DNA of 64,000 bases from Alkalispirochaeta sp. (GCA_040904425.1 JBBDTM010000076.1:21190-85189), one strand, 5' to 3'. Shown: positions 27,972 through 38,182, counted from the stretch's first letter. Made by a program: numbers and translations. The notes: generated by a model from the letters alone, not told the origin.

Positions 27972-29638
27972 TTCTCCGGTGCTTGCTTACCGGCAATGCG
28001 GTCACGAAACGTTTGAGAGACCGTCAATGAGCTCTGCTCGAAGTAGGGGACCGCTTCGGGCCAATCCCCCCGATAGTACCGGTGAAGTCCCTCGCTAAAG
28101 GTGTGTATGTCATGGCTCAGTTCGTCATCCATTTTGTCCACCGGGATCGGCCAAAAAATCTTCTTGCCCTGCGTTTTGCCCTTTACCTGCACCATGTCTA
28201 ACTCGCAAAAAGTAAACTCGTCGGTGTGGTGCAGAACCTCATCTTTCACGTACTCGGAGCAGATAACCGGAGTCTTGTAGAAGCGGGTCAACCCCTCGAG
28301 CCGGGCCGAACTGTTCACGTTGTCCCCAATGACGGTGTTCACCATACGCTCATAACTTCCGATGTTGCCGTAGAAGACTTGCCCACCGTCAAGACCGACA
28401 CCAATATCGAGGAGTACCGCGCGATACACGTTTTCTTCCTCTTCCGTGAGGCTTCCGCGCTGTTCCAGAATAAGCTCACGTCGAGCGTGCATCTCTTTGC
28501 GAACTTCCGCCGCCACGTCGTGCAGACGGTAGGCCGCCCGCAGGGACTGAACGCTCTTGTTCTCTACATCGGTCTCTACCGTACCAAAAACCGCCAACAG
28601 GGCGTCACCAATGATCGAGCCGATATCCCCGCCGTGCTCATGGATATATCGAATCGCCTTGTCGTAGTGCAGGTTCAATAGTTTGATGATATCCGTACCC
28701 AGCGTCTCGGTCATAAAGGTAAAACTTCGGATGTCGGTAAACAGGATCGTCAGTTCCCGTTTGGTTCCCTCCAGACGAATCTCCCGCTCTTGGTACGCTT
28801 TGGCCGCTACGTCCCGGGCGACAAACTTCTTGAAAATCCCCATCAGATTGTCGATCGTGCTGGCCAGTGAATTGAAGGCAACCCCTAGATACGTGACATC
28901 ATCGTTCGGCGCGCCGTCCAAGTGCATCAACTCCAAGGACTGGTCTGCCTGCATGCGCATAATACTGTCGGTAATCACCCGCACGAAGCGCAGAATAAAG
29001 CGTAGCAGCAACACCCCTACCAGGGCGAAAATCACCGTAATTACGATGATAATCAGAGAAACCTGGCGGAAGATCCGTTCTGAGTCCGCGTAGAACTCGC
29101 CGATCTCTTCACCGCGCACCTGAAAAATGTCCCAACTGTTGTTGTACTTGTAGACGCCGAAGTAATCGTACCCCTGGAAGGTGAAATTGAGCGTTCCCTC
29201 CTCCTCTCCCCGGGAGACGCTCTGGATCATCTCCTGAAGCGCGTCTTCGTCGGTGAATCTGGCCTGATCTTCAAGCTCACTGGCCTGGAAGAACAGCTCC
29301 CCGGATTCCTTGACACCCAGCGAGACCGACCGCGACCCGCGGTGATTCCGGGCGGCGGCGTTTTCGATGTTCTCGATAGCCGCTTCTTCGTCGGGGTTGA
29401 AGTTGACGATTTGCCGCTGGTTGTTGACGAAGACGTGCAGCTCTTTGAGATCCTTTACCAGCAGTTGGTTGAGCAGCCGGATCTGCTCACCCCGGTTCAA
29501 CATCAGATTAATATAATTTGTGGTGAAGTTGGAGATGAGCAGAAAGATGGTAAAAATGACCGTGATCTTCACGATCATGGGTACCACGCGGGTACCGTTC
29601 ACTTTCTGTCCAAGGACCTTTTTTAGTAGATCAGCCAT
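27938..29638 (-). CDS. Membrane-bound class III nucleotide (adenylate/guanylate) cyclase with HAMP domain
   Basis: Start ATG 29638 with GAGGGAG SD; 2 TM, HAMP; ILFTDIRSFT, SIIGDAL, GNIGS..RM..TVIGDNVNSSARLEG; WNGVWTMTEK tail. Confidence 0.9.
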   Translation of the reverse strand: MADLLKKVLGQKVNGTRVVPMIVKITVIFTIFLLISNFTTNYINLMLNRGEQIRLLNQLLVKDLKELHVFVNNQRQIVNFNPDEEAAIENIENAAARNHRGSRSVSLGVKESGELFFQASELEDQARFTDEDALQEMIQSVSRGEEEGTLNFTFQGYDYFGVYKYNNSWDIFQVRGEEIGEFYADSERIFRQVSLIIIVITVIFALVGVLLLRFILRFVRVITDSIMRMQADQSLELMHLDGAPNDDVTYLGVAFNSLASTIDNLMGIFKKFVARDVAAKAYQEREIRLEGTKRELTILFTDIRSFTFMTETLGTDIIKLLNLHYDKAIRYIHEHGGDIGSIIGDALLAVFGTVETDVENKSVQSLRAAYRLHDVAAEVRKEMHARRELILEQRGSLTEEEENVYRAVLLDIGVGLDGGQVFYGNIGSYERMVNTVIGDNVNSSARLEGLTRFYKTPVICSEYVKDEVLHHTDEFTFCELDMVQVKGKTQGKKIFWPIPVDKMDDELSHDIHTFSEGLHRYYRGDWPEAVPYFEQSSLTVSQTFRDRIAGKQAPENWNGVWTMTEK

Positions 29639-29758
29639 GGCTCCCTCTACTGTACCCCAAAATATCCGTACCTGTAAGGCCGTATTGGAAAAAGACGACA
29701 AAAACCGGCGGGTTTTCGGGTTACCTCGGCGGCCCATCGCCACCGAGGCAGCATCTCG

Positions 29759-30409
29759 CTACGTTTCGCGTATGTCAATTACTTCCTGAATGTGTTTCTC
29801 CACGGAACTAATGAAAGAGTCCTTATCCATACCGGAGACTTTTATTATGCACACCGCATTGGTTGGCTTGTCTCCCGGCCAGGTCCCGATGGAAATGATG
29901 TTTCCACCGTGATCCGCCACGTCCGCTCCCAACTTGGCAAGCTCTCCCGGCTCCTCCGGGATCCGAAGCGTGGCTCGCAGTCCCTTCTCCCGCGTGCCGA
30001 AAAGATCTATGAACAGACGAAACATATCCGATTCGGTGACGATCCCCACGGGAAGGTCATCATCATCTACCACCGGCAGACAGCCGATATCGTTGTCTAC
30101 CATCTTCCGGGCGGCGTCTTCTACAAGGTCTTTGGGATGCGCGGTAAGGACCTTCTTGGTCATCACCTTAGAGACCACCAGCTTCGACAGAAGGCGCGTC
30201 ATCTCGTACACATCCAGGGTAGACGCCGGCGAAGGAGAAGCGTAGAGCAGATCCTTTTCACTGACGATGCCGATGATCTTCTTGGTGTGGTCATTGACCA
30301 CCGGCAGATGGTGCAAGTGCTCTCGGCGCATCAGATCCTGGGCATCGGTAACCGGAGTGTCCGCGTGTACCGTGTAAAGGTTGTCGCTCATGATTTTGTG
30401 AACAAGCAT
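29759..30409 (-). CDS. acuB: CBS-CBS-ACT protein (AcuB-like)
   Basis: HHLPVV, GIVSEKDL, IGCLPVV, GIVTESD, C-terminal PGELAKL ACT domain; follows livF. Confidence 0.8.
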   Translation of the reverse strand: MLVHKIMSDNLYTVHADTPVTDAQDLMRREHLHHLPVVNDHTKKIIGIVSEKDLLYASPSPASTLDVYEMTRLLSKLVVSKVMTKKVLTAHPKDLVEDAARKMVDNDIGCLPVVDDDDLPVGIVTESDMFRLFIDLFGTREKGLRATLRIPEEPGELAKLGADVADHGGNIISIGTWPGDKPTNAVCIIKVSGMDKDSFISSVEKHIQEVIDIRET

Positions 30410-30430
30410 TACGGATTCCTCCCGCGCTCA

Positions 30431-31138
30431 TTATACGCCCAAATAGGCCGATTTGATCTCATCATTCGCCAACAAATTCGGTCCGGTATCCGCCATCGTA
30501 ACGCGGCCGGTCTCCATTACGTAACCGCGGTGGGCCACTTGAAGAGCCAGGTTGGCGTTCTGCTCGACCAGAAATATAGTCGTCCCGTTCTCACGGTTTA
30601 TCTGGGAGATGATCTCAAAGATTTGCTGTACGATGAGTGGCGCCAGCCCGAGGCTGGGTTCGTCGAGCAGAAGAAGCTTGGGCCGCGCCATGAGCGCCCG
30701 GGATATCGCCAGCATCTGCTGCTCACCGCCGGAAAGCGTGCCGCCGGCCTGCCCCTTCCGCTCCGCCAAGATCGGGAACAGCGAAAACACGTAGTCCAGG
30801 TCTCGCCGTATTCCGTCCCGATCCTTACGGAGGAGCGCACCCATATCCAAGTTTTCACGCACCGTTAGATGGGGAAAAATGTGGCGCCCCTCGGGAACCT
30901 GCGAGATACCCAACGCCACGATGCGATCCGGATCGCGGCCGACCACCGATTCCCCCTCGAATAGAATTTCGCCATGGCGGGGAGGCACGACCCCGGAGAT
31001 CGACATAAGCGTGGTAGATTTTCCGGCACCGTTGGCACCGATCAGGGTGATAATCTCGCCGCGCTCAACCAGGAGGTCGACACCTTTGAGTGCTTCGATA
31101 TTGCCGTAGTAGGTATGGACCGATTTCAGTTCAAGCAC
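30431..31138 (-). CDS. livF: Branched-chain amino acid ABC transporter ATP-binding protein
   Basis: GANGAGKST, VPEGRHIF, LSGGEQQMLA, LLLDEPSLGLAP, VEQNA. Confidence 0.95.
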   Translation of the reverse strand: MLELKSVHTYYGNIEALKGVDLLVERGEIITLIGANGAGKSTTLMSISGVVPPRHGEILFEGESVVGRDPDRIVALGISQVPEGRHIFPHLTVRENLDMGALLRKDRDGIRRDLDYVFSLFPILAERKGQAGGTLSGGEQQMLAISRALMARPKLLLLDEPSLGLAPLIVQQIFEIISQINRENGTTIFLVEQNANLALQVAHRGYVMETGRVTMADTGPNLLANDEIKSAYLGV

Positions 31139-31922
31139 TGACTTCCTCCCCGAGATACGCCTTGATCACTTCCGGATTGTTCTTGACCTCGTAAGGTGTG
31201 CCGGTGGCGATTAACTTCCCGTAGTCCATTACGTAGATCCGCTCCGACAGGGACATGACCAGGCTCATATCGTGCTCAATCAGGAAGATCGATACGTCTT
31301 CGGTATCCCGAATTCGCTTGATGAGGCTCTCCAGGTTCTTTGTCTCCTGGGGGTTCATACCCGCCGCCGGCTCGTCCAAAAGGAGCAAAAACGGATCAGT
31401 GGCAAGAGCTCGGGCGATCTCCAGCCGCCGTTGTGCACCGTAGGGAAGATTACTAGCCAAGTCGTTTACGTACTGGTCAAGCTCCATCCGCTTCAGAATC
31501 GCATAACTGTCATGAATGACCTGTTCCTCTTCTTCCATCGTCTTTCGCGTCCGGAAAATCGCCCCCAGGATGCCGGCCTGCAGGCGCGTATGTCGGCCGA
31601 TCATGACGTTTTCCAGGACGGTCATGTTTCCGAAAAGTCGAATGTTCTGAAACGTGCGCGCCAACCCCCGCGCGGCGATCGTGCTGGGTTTCAGACCCTT
31701 GATGGAACGCTGCGATTCGGCGGGTGGCTGAATCAGAATGTCACCGGTGGTCGGCGTGTATACCCCAGTGACACAGTTGAAAAAGGTGGTTTTTCCCGCG
31801 CCATTGGGACCGATCAGCGCGATAATCTCTCCCTGATCCATCGCAATGTCCACGTGATTCACCGCCCGCAGCCCACCAAAATCCATCGTCATGTCATAAA
31901 CGTTAAGTATTTGCTGACTCAT
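31131..31922 (-). CDS. livG: Branched-chain amino acid ABC transporter ATP-binding protein
   Basis: FGGLRAV, GPNGAGKTT, RTFQNIRLF, LPYGAQRRLEIARALA, IEHDM, VIKAYLG. Confidence 0.95.
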   Translation of the reverse strand: MSQQILNVYDMTMDFGGLRAVNHVDIAMDQGEIIALIGPNGAGKTTFFNCVTGVYTPTTGDILIQPPAESQRSIKGLKPSTIAARGLARTFQNIRLFGNMTVLENVMIGRHTRLQAGILGAIFRTRKTMEEEEQVIHDSYAILKRMELDQYVNDLASNLPYGAQRRLEIARALATDPFLLLLDEPAAGMNPQETKNLESLIKRIRDTEDVSIFLIEHDMSLVMSLSERIYVMDYGKLIATGTPYEVKNNPEVIKAYLGEEVSA

Positions 31923-33190
31923 GACGTACGCTCCTCTTCCACGGGAAAGGTATACGCTTTCCGTTTCTTCTGAATGAGCCCTCCCGGACGAAAGACCATC
32001 ATCGTTACCAGAATTGCGCCGAACATGAGCATCCGGTAATCCGAGAACGCCCGCAGGTACTCAGGAATCAGGATGAGTCCCAGAGCGCCAACTATGACCC
32101 CGGGGATAGACCCCATACCTCCCAGAACGACACAGGAGAGCACGATCACCGACTGCCACACGGTGAAACTGGCAGGATTAATGAAAGTGGTCCGCGACGC
32201 AAAGATGACGCCTCCCATACCGGCCCACAGCGAACCCAGGGCGAAGGCGATTACCTTAATCCGGGTGATATCGATTCCCATTGATTCGGCCGCGATATCG
32301 TCTTCCCCCATCGCTACGAGTGCCCGGCCGAGTCGCGAGTTATAAAAGCGCCACACCACGAATATCGTCAACGCCACCGCGGCAACAATAATGTAGTAGG
32401 TATAGGTGGTGGCCATGGAAAGATTCATCTCGATGCCGAAGAGCCCCGGCCGGGGGATACCTCCGATACCCTGCGGACCTCCGGTGAGTGAGTTCCAGTT
32501 GTTGAATACGATACGCACGATCTCGGCAAATCCCAGCGTCACAATCGCCAGATAATCACCTCTCAGCCGAATCACCGGCAACGCCAGGAGCACTCCGGCG
32601 ACCGTCGCAAAGAACGCCCCCAGAGGAAGTGCCAGCCAGAAGCCGATTCCAAAGAAGTGGTTCAGAATGCCATAGGTATACGCGCCGACAGCGAAAAAGG
32701 CGATGTATCCGAGATGGAGCATCCCCCCAAGGCCGATGACGATGTTCAGTCCCAGGGCGAGCATCACGTAGATCAAAGCGGTGGTCATGATGCTCGTCTG
32801 GTAGAGTGAATTAACCAAAGGAAAGACGACCAGCAGAACCGCAAATGCGATGTAGATACCCCGGCGAAACTTCTGCTGCGTCACAAACGCCCATAGCGCG
32901 GCAAGCCGTTGCTTGAGCGACGCGCCCGTGCCGGCGACCGCCTCAAGTGAGACGTGCTCGTCCTCAGATACGACCTTAGGAATAGCCTTCCCGGGGGTCT
33001 TTCTCCGACTCAAAGCAAATCGCCACAGAAGTCCACCGACGAACGTACCGACGCCAACATAGATCATGTTTTCCCAGCGCCAGTCGATCGTCATGTCCAC
33101 CTGGCGGACCTGTATGACCATGATTGGAAACGTGAGGAATACGAACCACAGCGCCACGCCCAGGGTGCGTTTTATTTCCTGAAAGTTCAT
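31919..33190 (-). CDS. livM: Branched-chain amino acid ABC transporter permease
   Basis: LGLNIVIG..G.L.LGYIAFFAVGAY, RLRGDYLAIVTLGFAEI, VVLGGMGS. Confidence 0.95.
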   Translation of the reverse strand: MNFQEIKRTLGVALWFVFLTFPIMVIQVRQVDMTIDWRWENMIYVGVGTFVGGLLWRFALSRRKTPGKAIPKVVSEDEHVSLEAVAGTGASLKQRLAALWAFVTQQKFRRGIYIAFAVLLVVFPLVNSLYQTSIMTTALIYVMLALGLNIVIGLGGMLHLGYIAFFAVGAYTYGILNHFFGIGFWLALPLGAFFATVAGVLLALPVIRLRGDYLAIVTLGFAEIVRIVFNNWNSLTGGPQGIGGIPRPGLFGIEMNLSMATTYTYYIIVAAVALTIFVVWRFYNSRLGRALVAMGEDDIAAESMGIDITRIKVIAFALGSLWAGMGGVIFASRTTFINPASFTVWQSVIVLSCVVLGGMGSIPGVIVGALGLILIPEYLRAFSDYRMLMFGAILVTMMVFRPGGLIQKKRKAYTFPVEEERTS

Positions 33191-33203
33191 AGGTAGCGCC
33201 CCC

Positions 33204-34112
33204 TCAGACTTTCTGTACTTCCGGCTTGCCCAGCAGCCCGGAAGGTTTAAAGATCAGGATGAACACCAGGATTACGAATGCGAAGACATCTTCGTACTGG
33301 CTGGATATGTACCCCGCGGCATACGCCTCGGCCATTCCCAAGACCAAGCTTCCCAAAACCGCCCCGGGGACGCTGCCGATACCACCCAGGACCGCGGCGA
33401 CAAACGCCTTAATTCCCGCGATAAACCCGATATAGAAGTTGATCTGGCCAATAAAGGAACTGATCAGTATTCCGCCGAGGGCGGCGGTGAAACTACCGAT
33501 GATGAACGTCCAACTGATTACGCGGTTCACATTGATTCCCACCAGGGTAGCCATGGTTCGGTCCTGGCTTGTGGCGCGCATCGACTTCCCCATCTTCGTG
33601 AACTTGATAAGCACCGTGAGGATCACCATAACCACTGCAGTGGTTATGAAGATCACCAGTTGCGAGGAATTCATAAGACCCCGAAACGGCCCGGGGATGG
33701 GCAGCGTCGGCAACATTGCCGGAAAGGGAAGGAAATTGGAAGTCTGCGAGAGCAGTACATAGTTCTGCAGAAACAGAGACATACCGATTGCGCCGATGAG
33801 AACGGAGAGACGCGGTGCGCGCCGTAGCGGCTTGTATGCGAGTTTCTCAACGGTATAGCCGTAGGCGGATGAGTAAACCACCGCCACGAGACTCGCCAGT
33901 ACCAGAATCGCGAGAGTAGGCATTCCCATGATCGAAAAGACCCCGGACATGATCAACGCGATGAAGGCACCGATCATATAGATCTCGCCGTGGGCAAAGT
34001 TGATCAATTTGATGATTCCGTAAACCATCGTATATCCGAGAGCCAGAAGCGCGTAAATACTCCCTCTCGTGAGTCCGCTAAAGAACAGCCTGAAAAAATA
34101 TTCTGTATCCAT
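33204..34112 (-). CDS. livH: Branched-chain amino acid ABC transporter permease
   Basis: GSIYALLALGYTMVYGIIKLINFAHGE, GIKAFVAAVLGGIGS; start ATG 34112. Confidence 0.95.
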   Translation of the reverse strand: MDTEYFFRLFFSGLTRGSIYALLALGYTMVYGIIKLINFAHGEIYMIGAFIALIMSGVFSIMGMPTLAILVLASLVAVVYSSAYGYTVEKLAYKPLRRAPRLSVLIGAIGMSLFLQNYVLLSQTSNFLPFPAMLPTLPIPGPFRGLMNSSQLVIFITTAVVMVILTVLIKFTKMGKSMRATSQDRTMATLVGINVNRVISWTFIIGSFTAALGGILISSFIGQINFYIGFIAGIKAFVAAVLGGIGSVPGAVLGSLVLGMAEAYAAGYISSQYEDVFAFVILVFILIFKPSGLLGKPEVQKV

Positions 34113-34136
34113 GTTGTCCTCAGTCCGCGCAGAACG

Positions 34137-34171
34137 GAAACAGGCGGATGACATCGTCACCCGCCTGTTTC
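34137..34171. terminator. Intercistronic stem-loop between livK and livH (terminator or mRNA stabiliser)
   Basis: GAAACAGGCGGATGAC-ATC-GTCACCCGCCTGTTTC, 15 of 16 pairs. Confidence 0.6.
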
Positions 34172-34193
34172 ACTTGTCTACCTGAAATGCGGG

Positions 34194-35318
34194 TCAGAGT
34201 TCGACGTATACGCCGTCCTGAACCTGATAGATGGCAAAGCCGACGCCCTCTGCATCACCACGGTCATCGAACTTGATATCGCCCACGGGGGTGGATACCA
34301 CCTCGGTATGGAGCGCATCAACGATCGCCTGGTACTCCGTGGAACCGGCCGCCTCGATCGCGTTCACGATCGCTTGAGCCGCAGCGTAGGCGTTCATGAA
34401 GAACGGACCCGGCTCCTCGCCGTACTCGTCAACGTGCGCCTGGCGCGCCTGCTGCGCCACGGGATTATCCGCTGTGTCCATGGGACCGGTAGCGTATACG
34501 CCTTCCGCGTCTTCTCCGGCAACATCGATAAACGACTCGTCTTTCACTCCATCACCGGAAATGAAGGGTACCGCGATACCCTGAGAGCGCATCTGACCGA
34601 CGATCTTGGAAGCCTCCGGATGGTAGCCACCGAAGATCACCGCCTCGGCTCCGGACGAGGCTACACGGTTGACGATGGCACTGTAGTCCACCGCTCCCAC
34701 CGTGACTCCCTCAGCGAGGACAACCTCGACTTCCGGATAGTCCTCCTCAAGCGAAGTCTGGGAGAACTGTGCGAGGCCCTGTCCGTAGTCACCGCCGTCG
34801 TGCAGAATCGCCACGCTACTCACGCCAAGTTCTTCAGCAACAAACTGAGCCTGCATCTGACCCTGGGCATCGTCCGGCGCAATTGTCCGGAAGAACACCG
34901 GGAACTCACCGCTCTGGGTGAGGCCAGGACTGGTAGCGGAGGGAGAAATCGTGATGATCTCTTCTCCGGTATAGATTCCCAGCGCTGCGCGCGTGGCACC
35001 GGAGCAGATATGCCCGATTACCGCCACAACGCCGTCTCCCACGAGTTTAGCTGCGGTGTTAGTTGCAACCTCCGGCTGACACACATCATCCTCGATAATC
35101 AGTTCGATCTGTCGCCCCAGAACCCCGCCGTTGGCGTTGGCCTCTGCTACTACCAGCTCCGCCGCGTTCACCGTGGGCAAGCCGTAGGATGCTAGGTCGC
35201 CACTATGAGCTCCCGCTACCCCGATCTTGATTGGTCCACCTTCCTGCTGTCCCCCCGCAAACACGAGAGTCGTAAGCAGAACCATGGCCACGAAAACTAC
35301 ACTAAATTTGTTTCGCAT
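34194..35318 (-). CDS. livK: Branched-chain amino acid ABC transporter substrate-binding protein
   Basis: AGGQQE spirochaete-style N-terminus, GGVLGRQIEL..EDD.CQP, GH.CSG, FFRT..PDD.QG. Confidence 0.92.
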   Translation of the reverse strand: MRNKFSVVFVAMVLLTTLVFAGGQQEGGPIKIGVAGAHSGDLASYGLPTVNAAELVVAEANANGGVLGRQIELIIEDDVCQPEVATNTAAKLVGDGVVAVIGHICSGATRAALGIYTGEEIITISPSATSPGLTQSGEFPVFFRTIAPDDAQGQMQAQFVAEELGVSSVAILHDGGDYGQGLAQFSQTSLEEDYPEVEVVLAEGVTVGAVDYSAIVNRVASSGAEAVIFGGYHPEASKIVGQMRSQGIAVPFISGDGVKDESFIDVAGEDAEGVYATGPMDTADNPVAQQARQAHVDEYGEEPGPFFMNAYAAAQAIVNAIEAAGSTEYQAIVDALHTEVVSTPVGDIKFDDRGDAEGVGFAIYQVQDGVYVEL

Positions 35319-35345
35319 GCCGTTCCTCCTTTAAAATTTTGTGGC

Positions 35346-35375
35346 ATTATGCTGTAGACAGCCCCGCTCGTGCAA
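35346..35375 (-). promoter_or_regulatory. liv operon promoter
   Basis: Minus strand TTGCAC-18 nt-CATAAT; AAAGGAGG SD before ATG 35318. Confidence 0.55.
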
Positions 35376-35447
35376 GGACTGTTGCAATCTTGCGTATAAA
35401 TATACGGACGCATTCGCGCGACCGGCTATCTTCAGTGGCGCTCCGGG

Positions 35448-36239
35448 CTAGCTGAGCCTCGCCTCATCACTTTCCAGCTCCCGCCGGCGAATGCGGTGGA
35501 ACCGGTCCACCAGCCCTTCCACCGTTAAGCTGGATTTCTCATTTCCTGACACGTCGAGGATGATCTCGCCCTTGTCCATCATCAGCAGCCGGTTGCCGTA
35601 GTCGATGGCGTGCTGCATGTTGTGGGTTATCATCATTGTGGTGAGTTGGTACTCCTCCACATACTTCCGGCTGAGCTCCAACACCATAGCTGCGTTTTTG
35701 GGGTCCAGAGCGGCGGTATGCTCGTCCAGGAGGATAAGCGCCGGACGACTGAGAACCATCATAAGCAGCGTCAACGCCTGGCGCTGGCCGCCGGAGAGCA
35801 ACTTCACGTTGTCCTTCATGCGTCGTTCCAGGCCCATACCCAGATCGATCAGCTGCTCCTGAAAAAACTCCCTTCGCCGTCGGTTGAGACTGATCTTCAG
35901 TCCCTTGAACCCCTTGCGGTAGCAGATCATCATGTTGTCTTCCAGTGTCATGGACCCGGCGGTTCCGAGCATCGGGTTCTGGAAGATTCTTCCGATGTAT
36001 GCGGCGCGGCGGTATTCCGGTTCGCGGGTGACGTCCCGATCGTTAATCCGAATCACCCCGCTACTGGGAGGGTACGCCCCGGCCACCAGATTGAAGAGCG
36101 TACTCTTGCCGGCGCCGTTACTCCCGATGATCGTGATAAAATCTCCTTCGCGGACCTCGAGATCGGTAGAACGAAGAGCAGAGACCTCGTTCACCGTCCC
36201 CGGGTGAAACGTCTTACTTACCTGCTGCAGATGAATCAT
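35448..36239 (-). CDS. ABC transporter ATP-binding protein (putative aromatic amino acid uptake family)
   Basis: KTFHPGTVNE..AL, GSNGAGKSTL, FQNPMLGTA, LSGGQRQAL, LDEHTAALDP, THNMQHA. Confidence 0.88.
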   Translation of the reverse strand: MIHLQQVSKTFHPGTVNEVSALRSTDLEVREGDFITIIGSNGAGKSTLFNLVAGAYPPSSGVIRINDRDVTREPEYRRAAYIGRIFQNPMLGTAGSMTLEDNMMICYRKGFKGLKISLNRRRREFFQEQLIDLGMGLERRMKDNVKLLSGGQRQALTLLMMVLSRPALILLDEHTAALDPKNAAMVLELSRKYVEEYQLTTMMITHNMQHAIDYGNRLLMMDKGEIILDVSGNEKSSLTVEGLVDRFHRIRRRELESDEARLS

Positions 36240-37156
36240 GGCGCCCCCGCCCGCAGACTTTTTCGAAGACGAGCAGATTCGCTCCTACCGCTGCGATAAC
36301 GGCTCACCATGAGCGCTCCGATAATGAGGAGCCCCGTGATCAATCTCAGATCATTGGGAGTCAGATTGATGTGATAGCCGTAGTAGCGCCCGAGAAACAT
36401 TATTCCCCGATACACGATCGAACCGAGCAAAACCCGCACCGTAAGCAAGCCGATGCGGTTGGAATTCAGCAGGAACTCGCCGATCATCACCGAAGCAAGC
36501 CCCGCGATAATGATGCTTTGTCCCATATTAACGTCGGCAAAGCCCTGGTACTGCGCCGCAAAGGCACCCGAGAGCGCCACCAATCCGTTGGAGAGACCTA
36601 CTCCGATCAGCTTGAGCCACTCCGGATTCACACCTTGACTCACCACCATCTGCTGGTTATCACCCATCGCTCCGAGGGTCAGTCCAAGATCGGTGTGAAA
36701 AAACACGTCCAGCAGTACCTTAATGGCAAGCGCAACACCGATAAAGAACACCAACACCGCCCACTCCGGCGCGAGAATCGGCTCAAGGAGCGCGACGACT
36801 TCGCTTAATATTGTGTCCTGCCGGAGGAGCGGCAGATTCGCCCGGTTTCCCAAAATTCGGATGTTGATGGACCAGAGCATCGTCATTGTGAGAATTCCGG
36901 CGAGAAGATTGGGTACTTTCAGTTTATTGTGGATCGTCGCGGTAACCGCACCCGCCGCCAGACCGCCGCCGAAGGACAGGAGTAGTGCCACTGCCAGGGG
37001 AACGCCGTTGACCACCGATACGGCCATGATCACCGCCCCCAGGGGAAATGAGCCATCCACCGACAGGTCCGGAAAATCGAGAATGCGGAATGTAATGAAA
37101 ACGCCGAGGGCCATAATGCCGTACAGCAGGCCCTCGACCAGGATTCCTTCTACCAT
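36236..37156 (-). CDS. ABC transporter permease (putative aromatic amino acid uptake family)
   Basis: FRILDFPDLSVDGSFPLG, LLAGILTM, QYQGFADVNMG. Confidence 0.88.
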   Translation of the reverse strand: MVEGILVEGLLYGIMALGVFITFRILDFPDLSVDGSFPLGAVIMAVSVVNGVPLAVALLLSFGGGLAAGAVTATIHNKLKVPNLLAGILTMTMLWSINIRILGNRANLPLLRQDTILSEVVALLEPILAPEWAVLVFFIGVALAIKVLLDVFFHTDLGLTLGAMGDNQQMVVSQGVNPEWLKLIGVGLSNGLVALSGAFAAQYQGFADVNMGQSIIIAGLASVMIGEFLLNSNRIGLLTVRVLLGSIVYRGIMFLGRYYGYHINLTPNDLRLITGLLIIGALMVSRYRSGRSESARLRKSLRAGAP

Positions 37157-37171
37157 AGCGCCTACGCGGTG

Positions 37172-38182
37172 TTATCTGACCGCGCCGTCTTCAATCACGA
37201 TCGACGCCTCACTCAGAACCGACTCCGGCACCGTTATCCCCAGATCCTTGGCAACATCGAGATTGATGAGCAGGTCCAGGTCGGAGGGAGCCTCGAGAAA
37301 CAGGGTGGGAATATCAGCAGGATCCGCGCCCTCGAGGATATCCGCGATGAGCCGTCCCGTGGCGCGTCCGAACTTGTAGTAGTTGAACCCCAGAGCCGCC
37401 AGAACACCCCCGGGTTCCGCAGAGGTTGTATCGGCACTGATCACGGGAACTCCGGCTGCCGCGGCGACCTCCGTGAGCGCCGAGAGCGCACTTACTACGG
37501 TATTGTCGTTACTGACATAGATCGCATCCACCCTATCGATAATCGACTGGGTTGCGGATCGAACCTCGCTAGAATTGACCACGGTTGATTCTACAAACTC
37601 TATTCCACGATTTGCAGCGGCTTCCCGGGCGAGCTCGGCGAGAGCCACAGCGTTGGATTCACCACCGGCGTAGATGTGTCCCAGCGTTTCTACCTCGACA
37701 AGACTCTCCATCAGATCAAACTGCCCTTCCACCGGCGTCAGGTCGGATGAGCCGGTTATGTTACCCTGCCCTGCGTCCGTACTGTCTATGAGGCCCGCTC
37801 CCACCGGATCGGTAACCGCCGCGAACACCACCGGAATATCACTAATCGCATTGACCAACGCCTGGGCGGTGGGAGTTGCAATACCAACCGCAAGACGCAC
37901 GCGATCGGTGCGAAATTTGGAAGCGATACTTGCGGCAGTGGACATGTCGCCGTTGGCGTTCTGCAGATCATATTCCAGGTCGGTGAATCCGAGCTCCGTC
38001 AGTTCATCGATGATTCCCTGCTCCACGTCATCCAGCGCGGGATGCGCCACAATCTTCGAGATACCGATCACATTACTTTCGGTCTCCGCTGACTCCGGCA
38101 CACCCGAGGCCGGCACCGAGACCGCCATGGCACCAATCACTGCCAGAACCACGATTACCCTTGCTACTCGAGACACATGCAT
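37172..38182 (-). CDS. ABC transporter substrate-binding protein (TrpX-like)
   Basis: HPALD...G, NANGD, IATPTAQAL, PVVFAAVTDP, DNTVVSA; AAAGGAGGT SD. Confidence 0.88.
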   Translation of the reverse strand: MHVSRVARVIVVLAVIGAMAVSVPASGVPESAETESNVIGISKIVAHPALDDVEQGIIDELTELGFTDLEYDLQNANGDMSTAASIASKFRTDRVRLAVGIATPTAQALVNAISDIPVVFAAVTDPVGAGLIDSTDAGQGNITGSSDLTPVEGQFDLMESLVEVETLGHIYAGGESNAVALAELAREAAANRGIEFVESTVVNSSEVRSATQSIIDRVDAIYVSNDNTVVSALSALTEVAAAAGVPVISADTTSAEPGGVLAALGFNYYKFGRATGRLIADILEGADPADIPTLFLEAPSDLDLLINLDVAKDLGITVPESVLSEASIVIEDGAVR

